This document shows positions 1 through 9,758 of a DNA stretch of 64,000 nucleotides, piece by piece. The stretch covers positions 82,290-146,289 of the forward strand of contig CALVUD010000002.1 of the NCBI GenBank assembly GCA_944363505.1, given 5' to 3'. Origin of the DNA: an uncultured Clostridia bacterium (GTDB lineage Bacteria > Bacillota > Clostridia > Christensenellales > DTU072). A program made the translations under genes and the position numbers. The notes below the pieces were generated by a model that searched no databases, had not been told where the DNA came from, and saw only the letters and a program-made list of their open reading frames with translations. Positions within the stretch are counted from its first letter, which is position 1; every line of letters starts with the position of its first letter.

Positions 1-266
1 CTAAGACTCTCCGTAACGGCGTCGCGGTTGACGCCGTCTTTCAATATTACGTACAGTTCCACGAAAATGCGGTTATCCATCGTTATGATCTTAACGCCTT
101 TTCCCTTAGGAACTTTATTAAAAAGCGCCATTATGCTGTCGCTCAAACGACGACTGGCAAGCTCAACGACCCCGTAACAGTCCAGCGTTATTCTGCTGAC
201 CATGACGGCAACGGCTTCGTCGCTTATATTTATATTTCCGTATCCGTTTGTTGTTGTGAGCGCCAT
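1..266 (-). CDS. Asp23/Gls24-family envelope stress protein (YloU-like), truncated at window start
   Basis: Manual translation from ATG at 266: MALTTTNGYGNINISDEAVAVMVSRITLDCYGVVELASRR...KGVKIITMDNRIFVELYVILKDGV. Typical Asp23 pattern, divergent from rpmB as in other Firmicutes. Confidence 0.85.
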   Translation of the reverse strand, partial: MALTTTNGYGNINISDEAVAVMVSRITLDCYGVVELASRRLSDSIMALFNKVPKGKGVKIITMDNRIFVELYVILKDGVNRDAVTESL

Positions 267-459
267 ATTCTCCACGTCGGCCCGTCGCGCACACGCACGC
301 GGGCATTATGATATATTATAATATAATAAAAACTGCGATATTGCAAGCAAATAAAGCAATTCTTCTGCGTGCGCGCTTTGCCGGCATGCAGAAACCGCCG
401 AAAAAGGCGTACTTACGGAAAAATATTGTGCTGCCGCCGCATAAAGTTATTCAAAATCG

Positions 460-489
460 TTTACAAACGTAGAAATATTATGTATAATA
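460..489 (+). promoter_or_regulatory. SigA-type promoter of rpmB
   Basis: TTTACA, 17 nt, TATAAT; SD GGAGG before ATG 522. Confidence 0.7.
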
Positions 490-521
490 GCAAAGCGCGA
501 AAAACACACGGGAGGTAAAAC

Positions 522-707
522 ATGTCTAAAGTATGCAGCATCTGCGGAAAAGGAACTATGTCGGGCAACAAGGTCAGCCACAGTAATATCAAAACGAGAA
601 GGAGCTGGACCGCAAACGTTCAGAAGGTCGATATCGAGATCGACGGCAAAATGCAAAACGCCTACGTTTGCACCCGTTGCCTGCGCACGCTGAAAAAGGA
701 AAAATAA
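522..707 (+). CDS. rpmB: 50S ribosomal protein L28
   Basis: MSKVCSICGK...GNKVSHSNIKTRRSWTANVQ...CTRC; Zn-ribbon form of L28. Confidence 0.97.
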   Translation: MSKVCSICGKGTMSGNKVSHSNIKTRRSWTANVQKVDIEIDGKMQNAYVCTRCLRTLKKEK

Positions 708-732
708 TATTTCCCCTGCCAAAAACGAATTT

Positions 733-758
733 AACAGCGCGACGACGCGCTGTTTTTT
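733..758 (+). terminator. Intrinsic terminator after rpmB
   Basis: AACAGCGCG-acga-CGCGCTGTT followed by a T run. Confidence 0.8.
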
Positions 759-821
759 CTTGTATAAATAATTCCGTAACGGCACAAAGCGCTTCCGCAT
801 ATATTGCAAACGGGAGCGAAT

Positions 822-905
822 ATGAAAATAGTCTGTATTAAATTGCCTGCATTTATCGGAAAACTGTTAAAACCCGTATTGGGGCTGTTGTGTAAAAACT
901 CCTGA
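822..905 (+). CDS. spoVM: Stage V sporulation protein M (27-aa amphipathic peptide)
   Basis: MKIVCIKLPAFIGKLLKPVLGLLCKNS matches the SpoVM MKxxxIKLPxF pattern with Pro9. SD GGGAG at 812-816; position between rpe and rpmB. Below the ORF-track length cutoff. Confidence 0.85.
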   Translation: MKIVCIKLPAFIGKLLKPVLGLLCKNS

Positions 906-933
906 AAAAAACGGGACCCCTCCAAGGGTCCCG
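905..933 (-). terminator. Terminator between convergent rpe and spoVM
   Basis: CGGGACCC/GGGTCCCG stem with a T7 tract on the minus strand. Confidence 0.7.
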
Positions 934-952
934 AAACCGGTTGCTGATCCGC

Positions 953-1603
953 TCAGCCTCTTAGCGCGTTCACGACACCTGCCGGATCCGAGGCGTTGAA
1001 TACGGCGGAACCCGCCACTATCATGTCCACGCCCGCTTCGCGGCATGTCGCGGCGTTCGCGGCGCCGACGCCGCCGTCGATTTCTATTATTACGTCAAGC
1101 CCGTTTTCCAGGATATACTTTTTCCCGCGCCTGACGGTATCCAAAGTCTCGGGAATGAATTTCTGACCGCCCAGACCCGCAAAAACGCTCATGACCAACA
1201 ACACGTCGCATTTGTGAAGGAGTCGGATATAGTCTTCGAGCCTTACGTCGGGGTTAATGACTATGCCGCGCTTTACTCCGCGTTCCCCGAGCATATCCAG
1301 CGCCCTCTCGGGATCCCGGGAGGCGTCGGGGTGAAAAGTTACTATATCCGCGCCCGCGCTTACGAATTCGTCCAGATACCTTTCGGGTTCGGTTATCATC
1401 AGATGCACGTCCAAAGGCAAGGGCGAAATACGCTTAATAGCCTTTATCATAGGCATTCCGAAAGTCAGGTTCTTGACGTAAACGCCGTCCATGACGTCGC
1501 AATGCACATAATCAGCCCCCCATTCGGCAAGGCGTTTTACGTCGCGCTCCAGATTTACGAAGTCGGCTGAAAGTATCGACGGGGAAACGAGTGCTTTAGT
1601 CAT
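953..1603 (-). CDS. rpe: Ribulose-phosphate 3-epimerase
   Basis: SPSILSADF, HCDVMDG, DVHLM, IEIDGG, VAGSA motifs. Confidence 0.97.
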   Translation of the reverse strand: MTKALVSPSILSADFVNLERDVKRLAEWGADYVHCDVMDGVYVKNLTFGMPMIKAIKRISPLPLDVHLMITEPERYLDEFVSAGADIVTFHPDASRDPERALDMLGERGVKRGIVINPDVRLEDYIRLLHKCDVLLVMSVFAGLGGQKFIPETLDTVRRGKKYILENGLDVIIEIDGGVGAANAATCREAGVDMIVAGSAVFNASDPAGVVNALRG

Positions 1604-2477
1604 ACGATTTTCTCCTTTCGTTTTTGAGTTCGTTGTATATTTCCAGATACCTTAAGTACCTCGCTTTGTCGACTCTTCCCTCATCCACCGCTTTTTTGAC
1701 GGCGCAGTCGGGTTCGTTGACGTGCGAGCACGCGCTGAAGCGGCACTCTCCCGCCAGCGGCAGAAAATCTTCATAATAATACTTTAACTCATCCGGCTCC
1801 AGGTTGACAAGAGTCAACATGCTGAAACCGCATGTATCCATGATCTTTCCGCCCCACGCTTCGTATATTTCGACGTGCCGCGTGGTATTTTTTCCGCGCT
1901 TTATTTTTTTTGACAGCCCGTCCGTCTTCAATCCCGCGTCGAGTATAGCGTTCATGAGACTGGTTTTCCCGACGGCGCTTTGTCCCGCAAGACACACCGT
2001 TTTTCCCTCGATTTCCCGCCTTAATTCCTCAAAGCCGCTCTTTTCCAGAGCGGAAACCGCAATACAGTCAATAAAAGAGTCGTATGCCGAAAACAGTTTT
2101 TCGATCTCGCCACCGGCGGCGAGTTCGCGTTTGTTGTAAACAAGAACGGGCTTTATGCCCTCGATAAAGCAGTTGACGATGATTTTGTCCGCGAGGATCA
2201 TGTCGGGAACGGGTTCCTTTGCGACGACGATGAGCGCGGAATCGATATTGCTGACGAATGGTCTGAGCAAGGAATTTCTCCTCGGAAGCACCTCGTTTAT
2301 CACCATGAATCCTTTTTCGGAAACGACCTTTACAATGTCTCCCACGCAGACGGACTGACCTTTGACGCGGAATCTGCCGCGAGCCTTTGCTCTGAAAGTT
2401 CCTTCCTCCGAAGAAACGGTGTACAGGTCCGATACTATTTTAGTCACCGTCGCGGTGATACAGCTCCCGTTACGCAT
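1596..2477 (-). CDS. rsgA: Ribosome small subunit-dependent GTPase A
   Basis: OB N-terminus, NKxE, GQSAVGKT, GKNTTRH, C-terminal CRFSACSHVNEPDC Zn finger. Confidence 0.95.
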   Translation of the reverse strand: MRNGSCITATVTKIVSDLYTVSSEEGTFRAKARGRFRVKGQSVCVGDIVKVVSEKGFMVINEVLPRRNSLLRPFVSNIDSALIVVAKEPVPDMILADKIIVNCFIEGIKPVLVYNKRELAAGGEIEKLFSAYDSFIDCIAVSALEKSGFEELRREIEGKTVCLAGQSAVGKTSLMNAILDAGLKTDGLSKKIKRGKNTTRHVEIYEAWGGKIMDTCGFSMLTLVNLEPDELKYYYEDFLPLAGECRFSACSHVNEPDCAVKKAVDEGRVDKARYLRYLEIYNELKNERRKSYD

Positions 2478-3564
2478 CCGAAACGTCCTTTTTATCCGTA
2501 TCGGCGCGGCGTTCCGAAGCGCCGGCGATATCGTGTTCTCTTAAATATTTTATCCTGAGTTGTCCGCATGCGCCCTCTATGTCGGCGCCCATGCTGCGAC
2601 GCAGCGTACAGCTTACCCCGCGTTTTTTCAGTTCCGACATGAATCTCTCGATTTCGGCGCGGTTCAGTCCGCGCATACCTCGCTCCTTGACAAAATTCAG
2701 ATTTATCAGATTGACGTGCGCGTTTTTCCCTTTCAACAGCGCGGCAAGCTCCGCCGCGGAAGCCGCGTCGGAATTATGCCGTCCGAGGGCGTATTCGAAT
2801 ATCACGCGTCTGCCGCTTTTTTTGAAATAATAATCTGCCGCCTCCATCACGGAAGCTATGGGATTCGAGCGGTTTACGGGCATTATCGCGGAGCGTTTCT
2901 CGTCGGTCGCGGCATGGAGCGAAACGGACAAAACGACGCCCAATCCCGTATTTGCAAGATCCTTTATCTTTTGAGAAAGCCCCGAAGTGGAGAGCGAAAC
3001 GTTCCTCAGACTTATATTCAGACCCTTTCCGTCGTTGATTTCTTTTAAAAACTTTACTACGTTGTCGAAATTGTCTAAAGGCTCTCCCGAGCCCATCAAA
3101 ACTATATTCGTAACGGCGCGCTTAATCGAATTACCGCCGTGCAAGGCGTTGACGGCGGCTACTTCGGAAAGCATTTCGCCCGAACTCAGATTCCTTTTCA
3201 GTCCGTTTAGACCGCTGGCACAGAACTTACAACCCATTCTGCACCCAACCTGCGTGGAAATGCAAAGGGTATTGCCGTAATCGTGCGGCATGAATACCCC
3301 CTCGACCACGTTACCGTCGGTCATGGCGAACAGATATTTCTCCGCGCCGTCCCTGCCGCAGATACGCTCGACGATCTCGGAGGCTTTCGCGACGTACTCC
3401 GACTCGAAAGCGGAAATAAGTTTTTTGGGAAGATTCGTGGCAGAGGAATAATCGCGGTTTGAAATCTTAAGCGCGTTCAGCTGGTCCGCGCGATAGGACT
3501 CGAAGCCCTTTTCGGCGACTGCTTTCGAAAGTTCCGCGTAACTTAGGTCCTGTAAAAGCTTCAT
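2470..3564 (-). CDS. rlmN: 23S rRNA m2A2503 radical-SAM methyltransferase
   Basis: CISTQVGCRMGCKFC, MGSGEP, SLHA, GACGQL. Confidence 0.95.
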   Translation of the reverse strand: MKLLQDLSYAELSKAVAEKGFESYRADQLNALKISNRDYSSATNLPKKLISAFESEYVAKASEIVERICGRDGAEKYLFAMTDGNVVEGVFMPHDYGNTLCISTQVGCRMGCKFCASGLNGLKRNLSSGEMLSEVAAVNALHGGNSIKRAVTNIVLMGSGEPLDNFDNVVKFLKEINDGKGLNISLRNVSLSTSGLSQKIKDLANTGLGVVLSVSLHAATDEKRSAIMPVNRSNPIASVMEAADYYFKKSGRRVIFEYALGRHNSDAASAAELAALLKGKNAHVNLINLNFVKERGMRGLNRAEIERFMSELKKRGVSCTLRRSMGADIEGACGQLRIKYLREHDIAGASERRADTDKKDVSDA

Positions 3565-4775
3565 ATTCTCTCCAAAACGGACACAAAGAATCCGTCCATG
3601 ATTTCGTCGGGGTATATATATCTGCCGAAAAGCGAATCTTCCGTAGGATTTGCGACTCTAAAGCCGACGTTTTCCGAAACGAATTCACGTATACGGTTTT
3701 CGGTTTCGTCTTTAAGCGGCGTACAGGTGGAATACACGAGTTTGCCGCCCTGGGCGACGTATCTTGAAGCTACTTTCAGGATTGCCGCCTGCACCCGACA
3801 CAGCTTAACAAAATCGTTTTCCGTTTTATTCAGCGTTATGTCCGGTCTCGTCGATACGACTCCAAGCCCCGAACAGGGCACGTCCGCGAGCACGCAATCG
3901 AACGCTTCCGAATAGTTTTCGTTATAAACCGTAGCGTCGGCTACCTTTGTCGTCAATTTGACACCCATACGCTCGGCATAAGAACGTATCAGATCAACTC
4001 GGTGCGGATAAATGTCCGAAGCCGTAACCTCTGCGCCCGACTGCGCCGCAAAAACGGCCTTCCCGCCCGGCGCCGCACATACGTCCAACAGCTTTTTCCC
4101 GTTCAGGTCTCCGAACGCTTTCACGCACTCGATAGAGGACGGCGACTGGAAAGTTATGACTCCCTCTGCGTTAAGCTTTTCCAGCTCGGGACACGCGCTT
4201 GCGACATAGCCGCCTACGGGAGAAGCTTTCGCGTCGGCAACCGAAGAGAGCACCCTTTCGACGTCGGATAAGCGACCTATTCTGAAATGAACTTTGTCTT
4301 TTTGAACGGGAAGCAGAAACAGCGCGGGATCGAAGCCGTCCGAACGCAGTTTTTCTATTATAAAGTTCGGCGCGTTGTATTTTATTTTTTCGTATTCATT
4401 ACCTGATTCGGGCAAAACCACCTTGCCGGCGGCGACGTTTTTCAAAACGGCGTTCACGAATCCTCTGACGCCCGAACCGAATATCTTCCCCGCCGTATCC
4501 ACGGCGGCGTCGACTACCGCATAAGCGGGCATACGCATGTGCCCGATCATATAAACGCATTCGTACAATAACGATTTAAGCGCGGGTTTAACGGAGCGCG
4601 CGAGCTTCGAAATGATATACTCGCATTCGTAATAGCGCTCGACAGTACCGTAAACGATGCCTGTCATAAGCTGCTTTTCGGTACATTCGGCTTTTTTTAT
4701 CGCGATATTGACGAAGGCGCCCTTTCTGAAGACGTCGTCCAAAACCGAATATGCCTTTTCCATAGCTTCGAGCAT
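3561..4775 (-). CDS. rsmB: 16S rRNA m5C967 methyltransferase
   Basis: NusB-like N-terminus, DVCAAPGGK, DVPCSG, YSTCT; follows fmt. Confidence 0.9.
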   Translation of the reverse strand: MLEAMEKAYSVLDDVFRKGAFVNIAIKKAECTEKQLMTGIVYGTVERYYECEYIISKLARSVKPALKSLLYECVYMIGHMRMPAYAVVDAAVDTAGKIFGSGVRGFVNAVLKNVAAGKVVLPESGNEYEKIKYNAPNFIIEKLRSDGFDPALFLLPVQKDKVHFRIGRLSDVERVLSSVADAKASPVGGYVASACPELEKLNAEGVITFQSPSSIECVKAFGDLNGKKLLDVCAAPGGKAVFAAQSGAEVTASDIYPHRVDLIRSYAERMGVKLTTKVADATVYNENYSEAFDCVLADVPCSGLGVVSTRPDITLNKTENDFVKLCRVQAAILKVASRYVAQGGKLVYSTCTPLKDETENRIREFVSENVGFRVANPTEDSLFGRYIYPDEIMDGFFVSVLERI

Positions 4776-4776
4776 T

Positions 4777-5706
4777 TTATCCGATTACGCTCCCTTCCTC
4801 TATTTTGTGTCCTCTGAGATAATCGCTTGCGCTCATAACCTTGCCGCCTTCGCCCTGAACAAGTTCCGCCGTCAGAACGCCGGAGCCGGAGGCGCATTGG
4901 ATCTTTAGTCCGCGTTTCGGATCCGAACAAACCACCGTAGCGGGAGCGGCGCCCGCGTCCGCGCCGACAGAAGATCTGATTATTTTTACGATCCTGCCGC
5001 GGTATTCGAAATACGTTCCGGGAAATCCGTAATACGCGCGCACTTTGTTATGCACGGTTAAGGCGGGAAGCGTAAAGTCGATAAGCCCGTCGGACTTTTT
5101 CAGCTTTTTACAGTAAGTTGCTTCGCTTTCGTTCTGAGGAGTAAAAACGGCTTTGCCCGATTCCAGTTCGTCAAGCGCTTCGACGACGAGCGAACCAGCG
5201 ATCACGGCGAGTTTTTCGAAACATTCTGCGCTGTTTTCGTCGCCTGTAAGTTTTATTTTTGACACCTTTATAACGTCGCCCGCGTCCATTTTCTTTACCG
5301 TACGCATCACGCTGACGCCCGTTTCGGCGTCGCCAGCTTCCAACGCCGCCTGAATGGGCGACGCGCCGCGGTACTTCGGCAAAACAGATGCGTGCGTGTT
5401 GATAACGCCGTAAGGACACAGCGACAGAATTTCGTCGGGCAGCATCTGACCGTAAGAAGCGGTCAGCATGACGTCGGCGTTCAGCGCTTTCAGCGCCTCC
5501 GCGCCCTCGCCTATACGTTCGAACTTAAATAATTCTATGGAGTTTTCCTCGGCGAACAAAGAGACGGGCGAAGGTATGACCCTGCCGTTACGCGCGTTCT
5601 TTCTGTCCGGCTGAGCGACGGCGGCGCATACGGTGTGATGCGAAGCGTACACGGCTTTCAAAACCGTCGCCGAAAAATCGCCCGTGCCCAGAAAAATCAC
5701 TTTCAT
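4777..5706 (-). CDS. fmt: Methionyl-tRNA formyltransferase
   Basis: FLGTGDFS, QPDR, NTHASVLPKYRGASPIQ, MDAGD. Confidence 0.96.
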   Translation of the reverse strand: MKVIFLGTGDFSATVLKAVYASHHTVCAAVAQPDRKNARNGRVIPSPVSLFAEENSIELFKFERIGEGAEALKALNADVMLTASYGQMLPDEILSLCPYGVINTHASVLPKYRGASPIQAALEAGDAETGVSVMRTVKKMDAGDVIKVSKIKLTGDENSAECFEKLAVIAGSLVVEALDELESGKAVFTPQNESEATYCKKLKKSDGLIDFTLPALTVHNKVRAYYGFPGTYFEYRGRIVKIIRSSVGADAGAAPATVVCSDPKRGLKIQCASGSGVLTAELVQGEGGKVMSASDYLRGHKIEEGSVIG

Positions 5707-6161
5707 TTTCCGCGGTACTCCTTATCGATAAAAAGTATGCCGTCCAAATGGTCGGTTTCGTGACAGATCACGCGCGCTTTGAAGCCCAGGGCGTATTCCG
5801 AATGCGCCGTGCCGTTTCTGTCGGTATAATCTATTTTCAGCCGCATGGGTCTGGCGACTTTACAGTTTTTCGAAGAATCCACCGAAAGGCATCCTTCCAC
5901 GCCAACCTGAACGCCCGATTTTTCGCTGACGACGGGATTGATCATTTCGACGATCTCGTCCTCGTCGGGATCGGGTTTGATTATGACGATCCTTTTGGAA
6001 ACTCCTACCTGCGGCGCGGCAAGCCCGACGCCGTCGGCTTTGATCATCGTTTCTTTCATATCGTCCAGAAGCGTTTTCACCCTGTCGTCTATGTCCGTGA
6101 CCTCGCGCGCGGTGCGCCTTAAGATCGGTTCGCCTTCCTTAAAAATGTTCCTTAGCGCCAT
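5703..6161 (-). CDS. def: Peptide deformylase
   Basis: GVGLAAPQVG, EGCLS, HETDHLDG. Confidence 0.97.
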   Translation of the reverse strand: MALRNIFKEGEPILRRTAREVTDIDDRVKTLLDDMKETMIKADGVGLAAPQVGVSKRIVIIKPDPDEDEIVEMINPVVSEKSGVQVGVEGCLSVDSSKNCKVARPMRLKIDYTDRNGTAHSEYALGFKARVICHETDHLDGILFIDKEYRGK

Positions 6162-6176
6162 ATTCCTTCCTCTTAA

Positions 6177-8360
6177 TTATAACATTTGTTGCGGATTTAT
6201 TTCCGTAAACACGCTTACCTTGCCCGTGGACGCCCTGCCCGCGGCGGCATAAAGCAAAGGGCATATCTCGTCCTCCGCGTCGCAGTCTATCCATATAACC
6301 ACCTGGTATCTGTAATATGACTTTAACCGCTTTATGGCGGATTGCATGACCTGGACGCGCATTATTCCCGCACGCTCGTTTTTTAAAGTTACGACCTCTG
6401 CTGCCAATGATCTCGCGCCCGAACGCGCAAGCTCTTCGGCGTCCGATAAAACCAGCAAGCGTACTATCTTTGTGAAAGGCGGGTACTTCGTCAGCTCCCT
6501 CGCCCTGATCTCGTTATCGTAAAAGCCGCGGTAATCGTAGCTTTTCGCAAACCTGTAGACGTAATGATTCGGGCTGTAAGTCTGCATTACGACCTTGCCC
6601 GCCTTGTCGGCTCTTCCCGCCCGTCCCGACACCTGGGTTATAAGCTGGAAAGTGCGTTCCGCCGAGCGGTAGTCGGAATAATACAACGCTATGTCGGCGT
6701 CGATTATCCCCACCAAAGTTACGTCCTTGAAGTCGTGTCCTTTGGCTATCATCTGGGTGCCGACCAGTATATCCGCTTCTCCCGACGAAAACTTTGTAAG
6801 TATGTCCGTATACGCGTCCCTCAGCCTCGTGGTATCGTTGTCCATACGGATAACGCGCGCGTCCGGGAAAATGCGTTTGGTTTCCTCTTCGAGTTTTTCG
6901 GTACCCGTTTTCCCCTCTTTAAGGTCCGTATATCCGCATTTCGGACAGGCGTCTATACTTTTGAACCTTGCTCCGCAGTAGTGGCAGCGTAAAGTATCGT
7001 CCTCGATGTGATATGTCAGCGACACGTCGCAATCGGGGCATTTGGGCACGAATCCGCAGTTACGGCACCTTAAAAAGGAAGCGTATCCTCTGCGGTTCAA
7101 AAACAGCATTACCTGATTTTTTTCTTTCAGCGCGAGGTCGATCTCTCGGACCAGCCTCGACGAAAACAGTCCGAGATTGCCTTTTCTGATCTCCTCGCGC
7201 ATATCTACCGTTTCGATCAACGGCAGTTCCCTGGCGTTCACCCTTTCGGGCATTTCGACGAGAACGTATTCCCCGTTCAACGCCTTGTAATAGCTTTCCA
7301 CCGAAGGCGTCGCGGAACCCAGCACGAGCTTTGCTCCGTTATATTTTGCCCTGAATTCGGCTATTTCCGAAGTGAAGTATCTGGGATTGGACTCCGATAT
7401 ATAGCTCGAATCGTGTTCCTCGTCCATTATTATCACCCCGACGTCCTTCAGCGGAGCGAATATCGCCGAGCGCGCTCCGAGCGCGACTTTGGCTTCGCCG
7501 CGCCTTAAGCGCATCCATTCGTCGAAGCGTTCTCCGTCCGAAAGTCCGCTGTGCTGTATGCTGACAGTCGAACCGAAACGCGCGCGGAAAATTCCGAGCA
7601 TCTGGGGCGTCAAAGCTATTTCGGGTACCAGCATTATCGCCGTTTTACCGCGTCCTAACGCGTCTTCTATAACGCGCATGTAAACTTCGGTTTTCCCCGA
7701 ACCCGTTACGCCGTGCAATAAAAACGTGCCGTCCGAGGAAATTATTTTGTCTGCGACCGCCTGTTGCGCTTTTGTCAGAACGGGTCTGTTCCCCTTAACC
7801 GACATGCTTACCGGGGTCCTGGATTCGCCGACCGCCTCTTTGAATATCAGTCCGGCTTCGGTCAGCGCTTTTATTGTGGAAGAAGCGTACTTCTCCAAAA
7901 CGACGCGCTCCGGAAGACTTTTCGCTTCGTACAATTCTTTGTATAAAGCGCGCTGAGCTTTTGCCCTGAGAGGTATCGACTCGTATTCCTTTCCGAAATC
8001 CTTGTCAAGGTTAGCGAACAAATGATTCCTTAAAAGTTCTCTGACCCTGCCACCGCGCAGTTTCCCCGGAATAAAGAGCCTGAAACAGTCCGCGTAACGC
8101 AGATTCTTTTTCCGCATAAACTCCGTCAGCGCGATAAATTCGGGCAGGATCAACGGCTCGGGATCGAGTCTTTTTTCGATAGCTTTCAGCGTATGCGAAG
8201 TCGTCGGATTTTCTTTCAGCCCGACAACGACGCCTTCGAGTTTCTGCCTGCCGAACGGCACCAGAACCCTGTCGCCCGCCGATACGCTTCCGTCGGCAAT
8301 ATAGTCGAAAACTTTATCGACGTCGGAACTGGAAATGTCAACGACGACTTCGGCGATCAT
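6177..8360 (-). CDS. priA: Primosomal protein N' helicase
   Basis: GVTGSGKTEVY, DEEH, four CxxC pairs, QVSGRAGR. Confidence 0.97.
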   Translation of the reverse strand: MIAEVVVDISSSDVDKVFDYIADGSVSAGDRVLVPFGRQKLEGVVVGLKENPTTSHTLKAIEKRLDPEPLILPEFIALTEFMRKKNLRYADCFRLFIPGKLRGGRVRELLRNHLFANLDKDFGKEYESIPLRAKAQRALYKELYEAKSLPERVVLEKYASSTIKALTEAGLIFKEAVGESRTPVSMSVKGNRPVLTKAQQAVADKIISSDGTFLLHGVTGSGKTEVYMRVIEDALGRGKTAIMLVPEIALTPQMLGIFRARFGSTVSIQHSGLSDGERFDEWMRLRRGEAKVALGARSAIFAPLKDVGVIIMDEEHDSSYISESNPRYFTSEIAEFRAKYNGAKLVLGSATPSVESYYKALNGEYVLVEMPERVNARELPLIETVDMREEIRKGNLGLFSSRLVREIDLALKEKNQVMLFLNRRGYASFLRCRNCGFVPKCPDCDVSLTYHIEDDTLRCHYCGARFKSIDACPKCGYTDLKEGKTGTEKLEEETKRIFPDARVIRMDNDTTRLRDAYTDILTKFSSGEADILVGTQMIAKGHDFKDVTLVGIIDADIALYYSDYRSAERTFQLITQVSGRAGRADKAGKVVMQTYSPNHYVYRFAKSYDYRGFYDNEIRARELTKYPPFTKIVRLLVLSDAEELARSGARSLAAEVVTLKNERAGIMRVQVMQSAIKRLKSYYRYQVVIWIDCDAEDEICPLLYAAAGRASTGKVSVFTEINPQQML

Positions 8361-9529
8361 AAATTCTTTACGGCGTCGAGAATGACATCGGCAAGCTCGC
8401 GCTTGGACATCTTTTCGAGAGCCGTCATCGCTCCGCCCGCTTCTATAAGCGTGGCAACGTTGGTATCCACGTCAAATCCCGCGCCCTCTGTCGTAACGTC
8501 GTTGGATACGATCAGATCTGCGTTCTTGGCTTTTAGCTTTTTTGTCGCGTTTTTTATAAGATCTTCCGTTTCCGCGGCAAACACAACGAGTTTCGTGGCT
8601 CCCTTATCTTTCCCTACCGCGGCGGCGATGTCGGGGTTTTTAACGAGTTCCAGGGTCAGCTTCTCCGCCTTGATTTTTGAGGGCGAATAGTTACCGACTT
8701 TGTAATCTCCCGGAGCCGCCGCCATTACGACGACGTCGGCGCGACGAAATTCGGAAAGAGTTTTTTCGTACATTTCCATAGTCGTGCCCACCCTGATTAT
8801 TTCTGCATTTGCGGGTAACGGCGCCGTCATGTAACCAGCGATAAAAATAACTTTTGCGCCTCTTTCCGCGGCGGCGTCGGCTATCGCCGCGCCCATTTTG
8901 CCCGACGAACGGTTGGAAATAAACCTGACCCCGTCTATCGCCTCGCGGGTTGCGCCGGCGGTAACGAGTACGGTTTTTCCGCGGTAATCGGCTATCGGCG
9001 TAAGGAATTTATCGACTTCGGCGACTATATCCTCGGGTTCGCTCATTCTGCCCGCCCCGCTTACGCCGCACGCCAACATTCCGGATTCCGGTCCTATAAA
9101 TCTGTAACCGAGCCTCGTCAGTTTTTCTATATTGGACTGAGTAACGGGGTTTTCGTACATGTTCACGTTCATCGCGGGACATACGAACACCGGTCTTTTG
9201 GTCGCGGCGACGGTCGTTGAAAGCATGTCGTCGCATATACCCGAGGCAATTTTCGCTATAAAGTTGGCGGTGGCGGGCGCGACGACGAACGCCGAAGCGA
9301 GTTCGGCATAGCTGATATGTTCTATTTCGAATTCGCGCGTTTTGTCGAAAGTATCGATCACTACCTTGTTGTGGCTGATACTTTCGAAAGTCAGCGGCGT
9401 GACGAATTCGGCGGCGTTTTTGGTCATCACCACCCTGACGTCATACCCGAGACGCCTGAAACGCGAAACGATCTCGCAGCTTTTATAGGCGGCTATGCCG
9501 CCCGTAACGCCCAGTATTACCGTCTTCAT
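8357..9529 (-). CDS. coaBC: Phosphopantothenoylcysteine decarboxylase/synthetase
   Basis: [34 protein letters not shown]. Confidence 0.97.
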   Translation of the reverse strand: MKTVILGVTGGIAAYKSCEIVSRFRRLGYDVRVVMTKNAAEFVTPLTFESISHNKVVIDTFDKTREFEIEHISYAELASAFVVAPATANFIAKIASGICDDMLSTTVAATKRPVFVCPAMNVNMYENPVTQSNIEKLTRLGYRFIGPESGMLACGVSGAGRMSEPEDIVAEVDKFLTPIADYRGKTVLVTAGATREAIDGVRFISNRSSGKMGAAIADAAAERGAKVIFIAGYMTAPLPANAEIIRVGTTMEMYEKTLSEFRRADVVVMAAAPGDYKVGNYSPSKIKAEKLTLELVKNPDIAAAVGKDKGATKLVVFAAETEDLIKNATKKLKAKNADLIVSNDVTTEGAGFDVDTNVATLIEAGGAMTALEKMSKRELADVILDAVKNL

Positions 9530-9726
9530 TATTTATTGACGATAATCTTGATCTTGCCGTCGTAAATTTCCTTTGCGGCATAGGAAACGGCTTTGAGCCC
9601 GGATTCTTCCAGCTCCTTGGATTCCATGTCCAGCAGGTCTTTTGCGCGTTTGGTGATACCTACCACGAGCGCATAGCGGCAAGGCGCCTTTTTGATGAGT
9701 TTGTCAATCGGGGGATCGATCATCAT
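9529..9726 (-). CDS. rpoZ: RNA polymerase omega subunit
   Basis: PPIDKLI..RYALV...KRA...KAVSYAAKEI; directly upstream of coaBC. Confidence 0.92.
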   Translation of the reverse strand: MMIDPPIDKLIKKAPCRYALVVGITKRAKDLLDMESKELEESGLKAVSYAAKEIYDGKIKIIVNK

Positions 9727-9758
9727 AATTATGTTTCTCCTTTTCTACGGATTGTTTT

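Noticed and set aside
447-925. Minus-strand ORFs 447-809 and 731-925
   Set aside because: Antisense to rpmB and spoVM.
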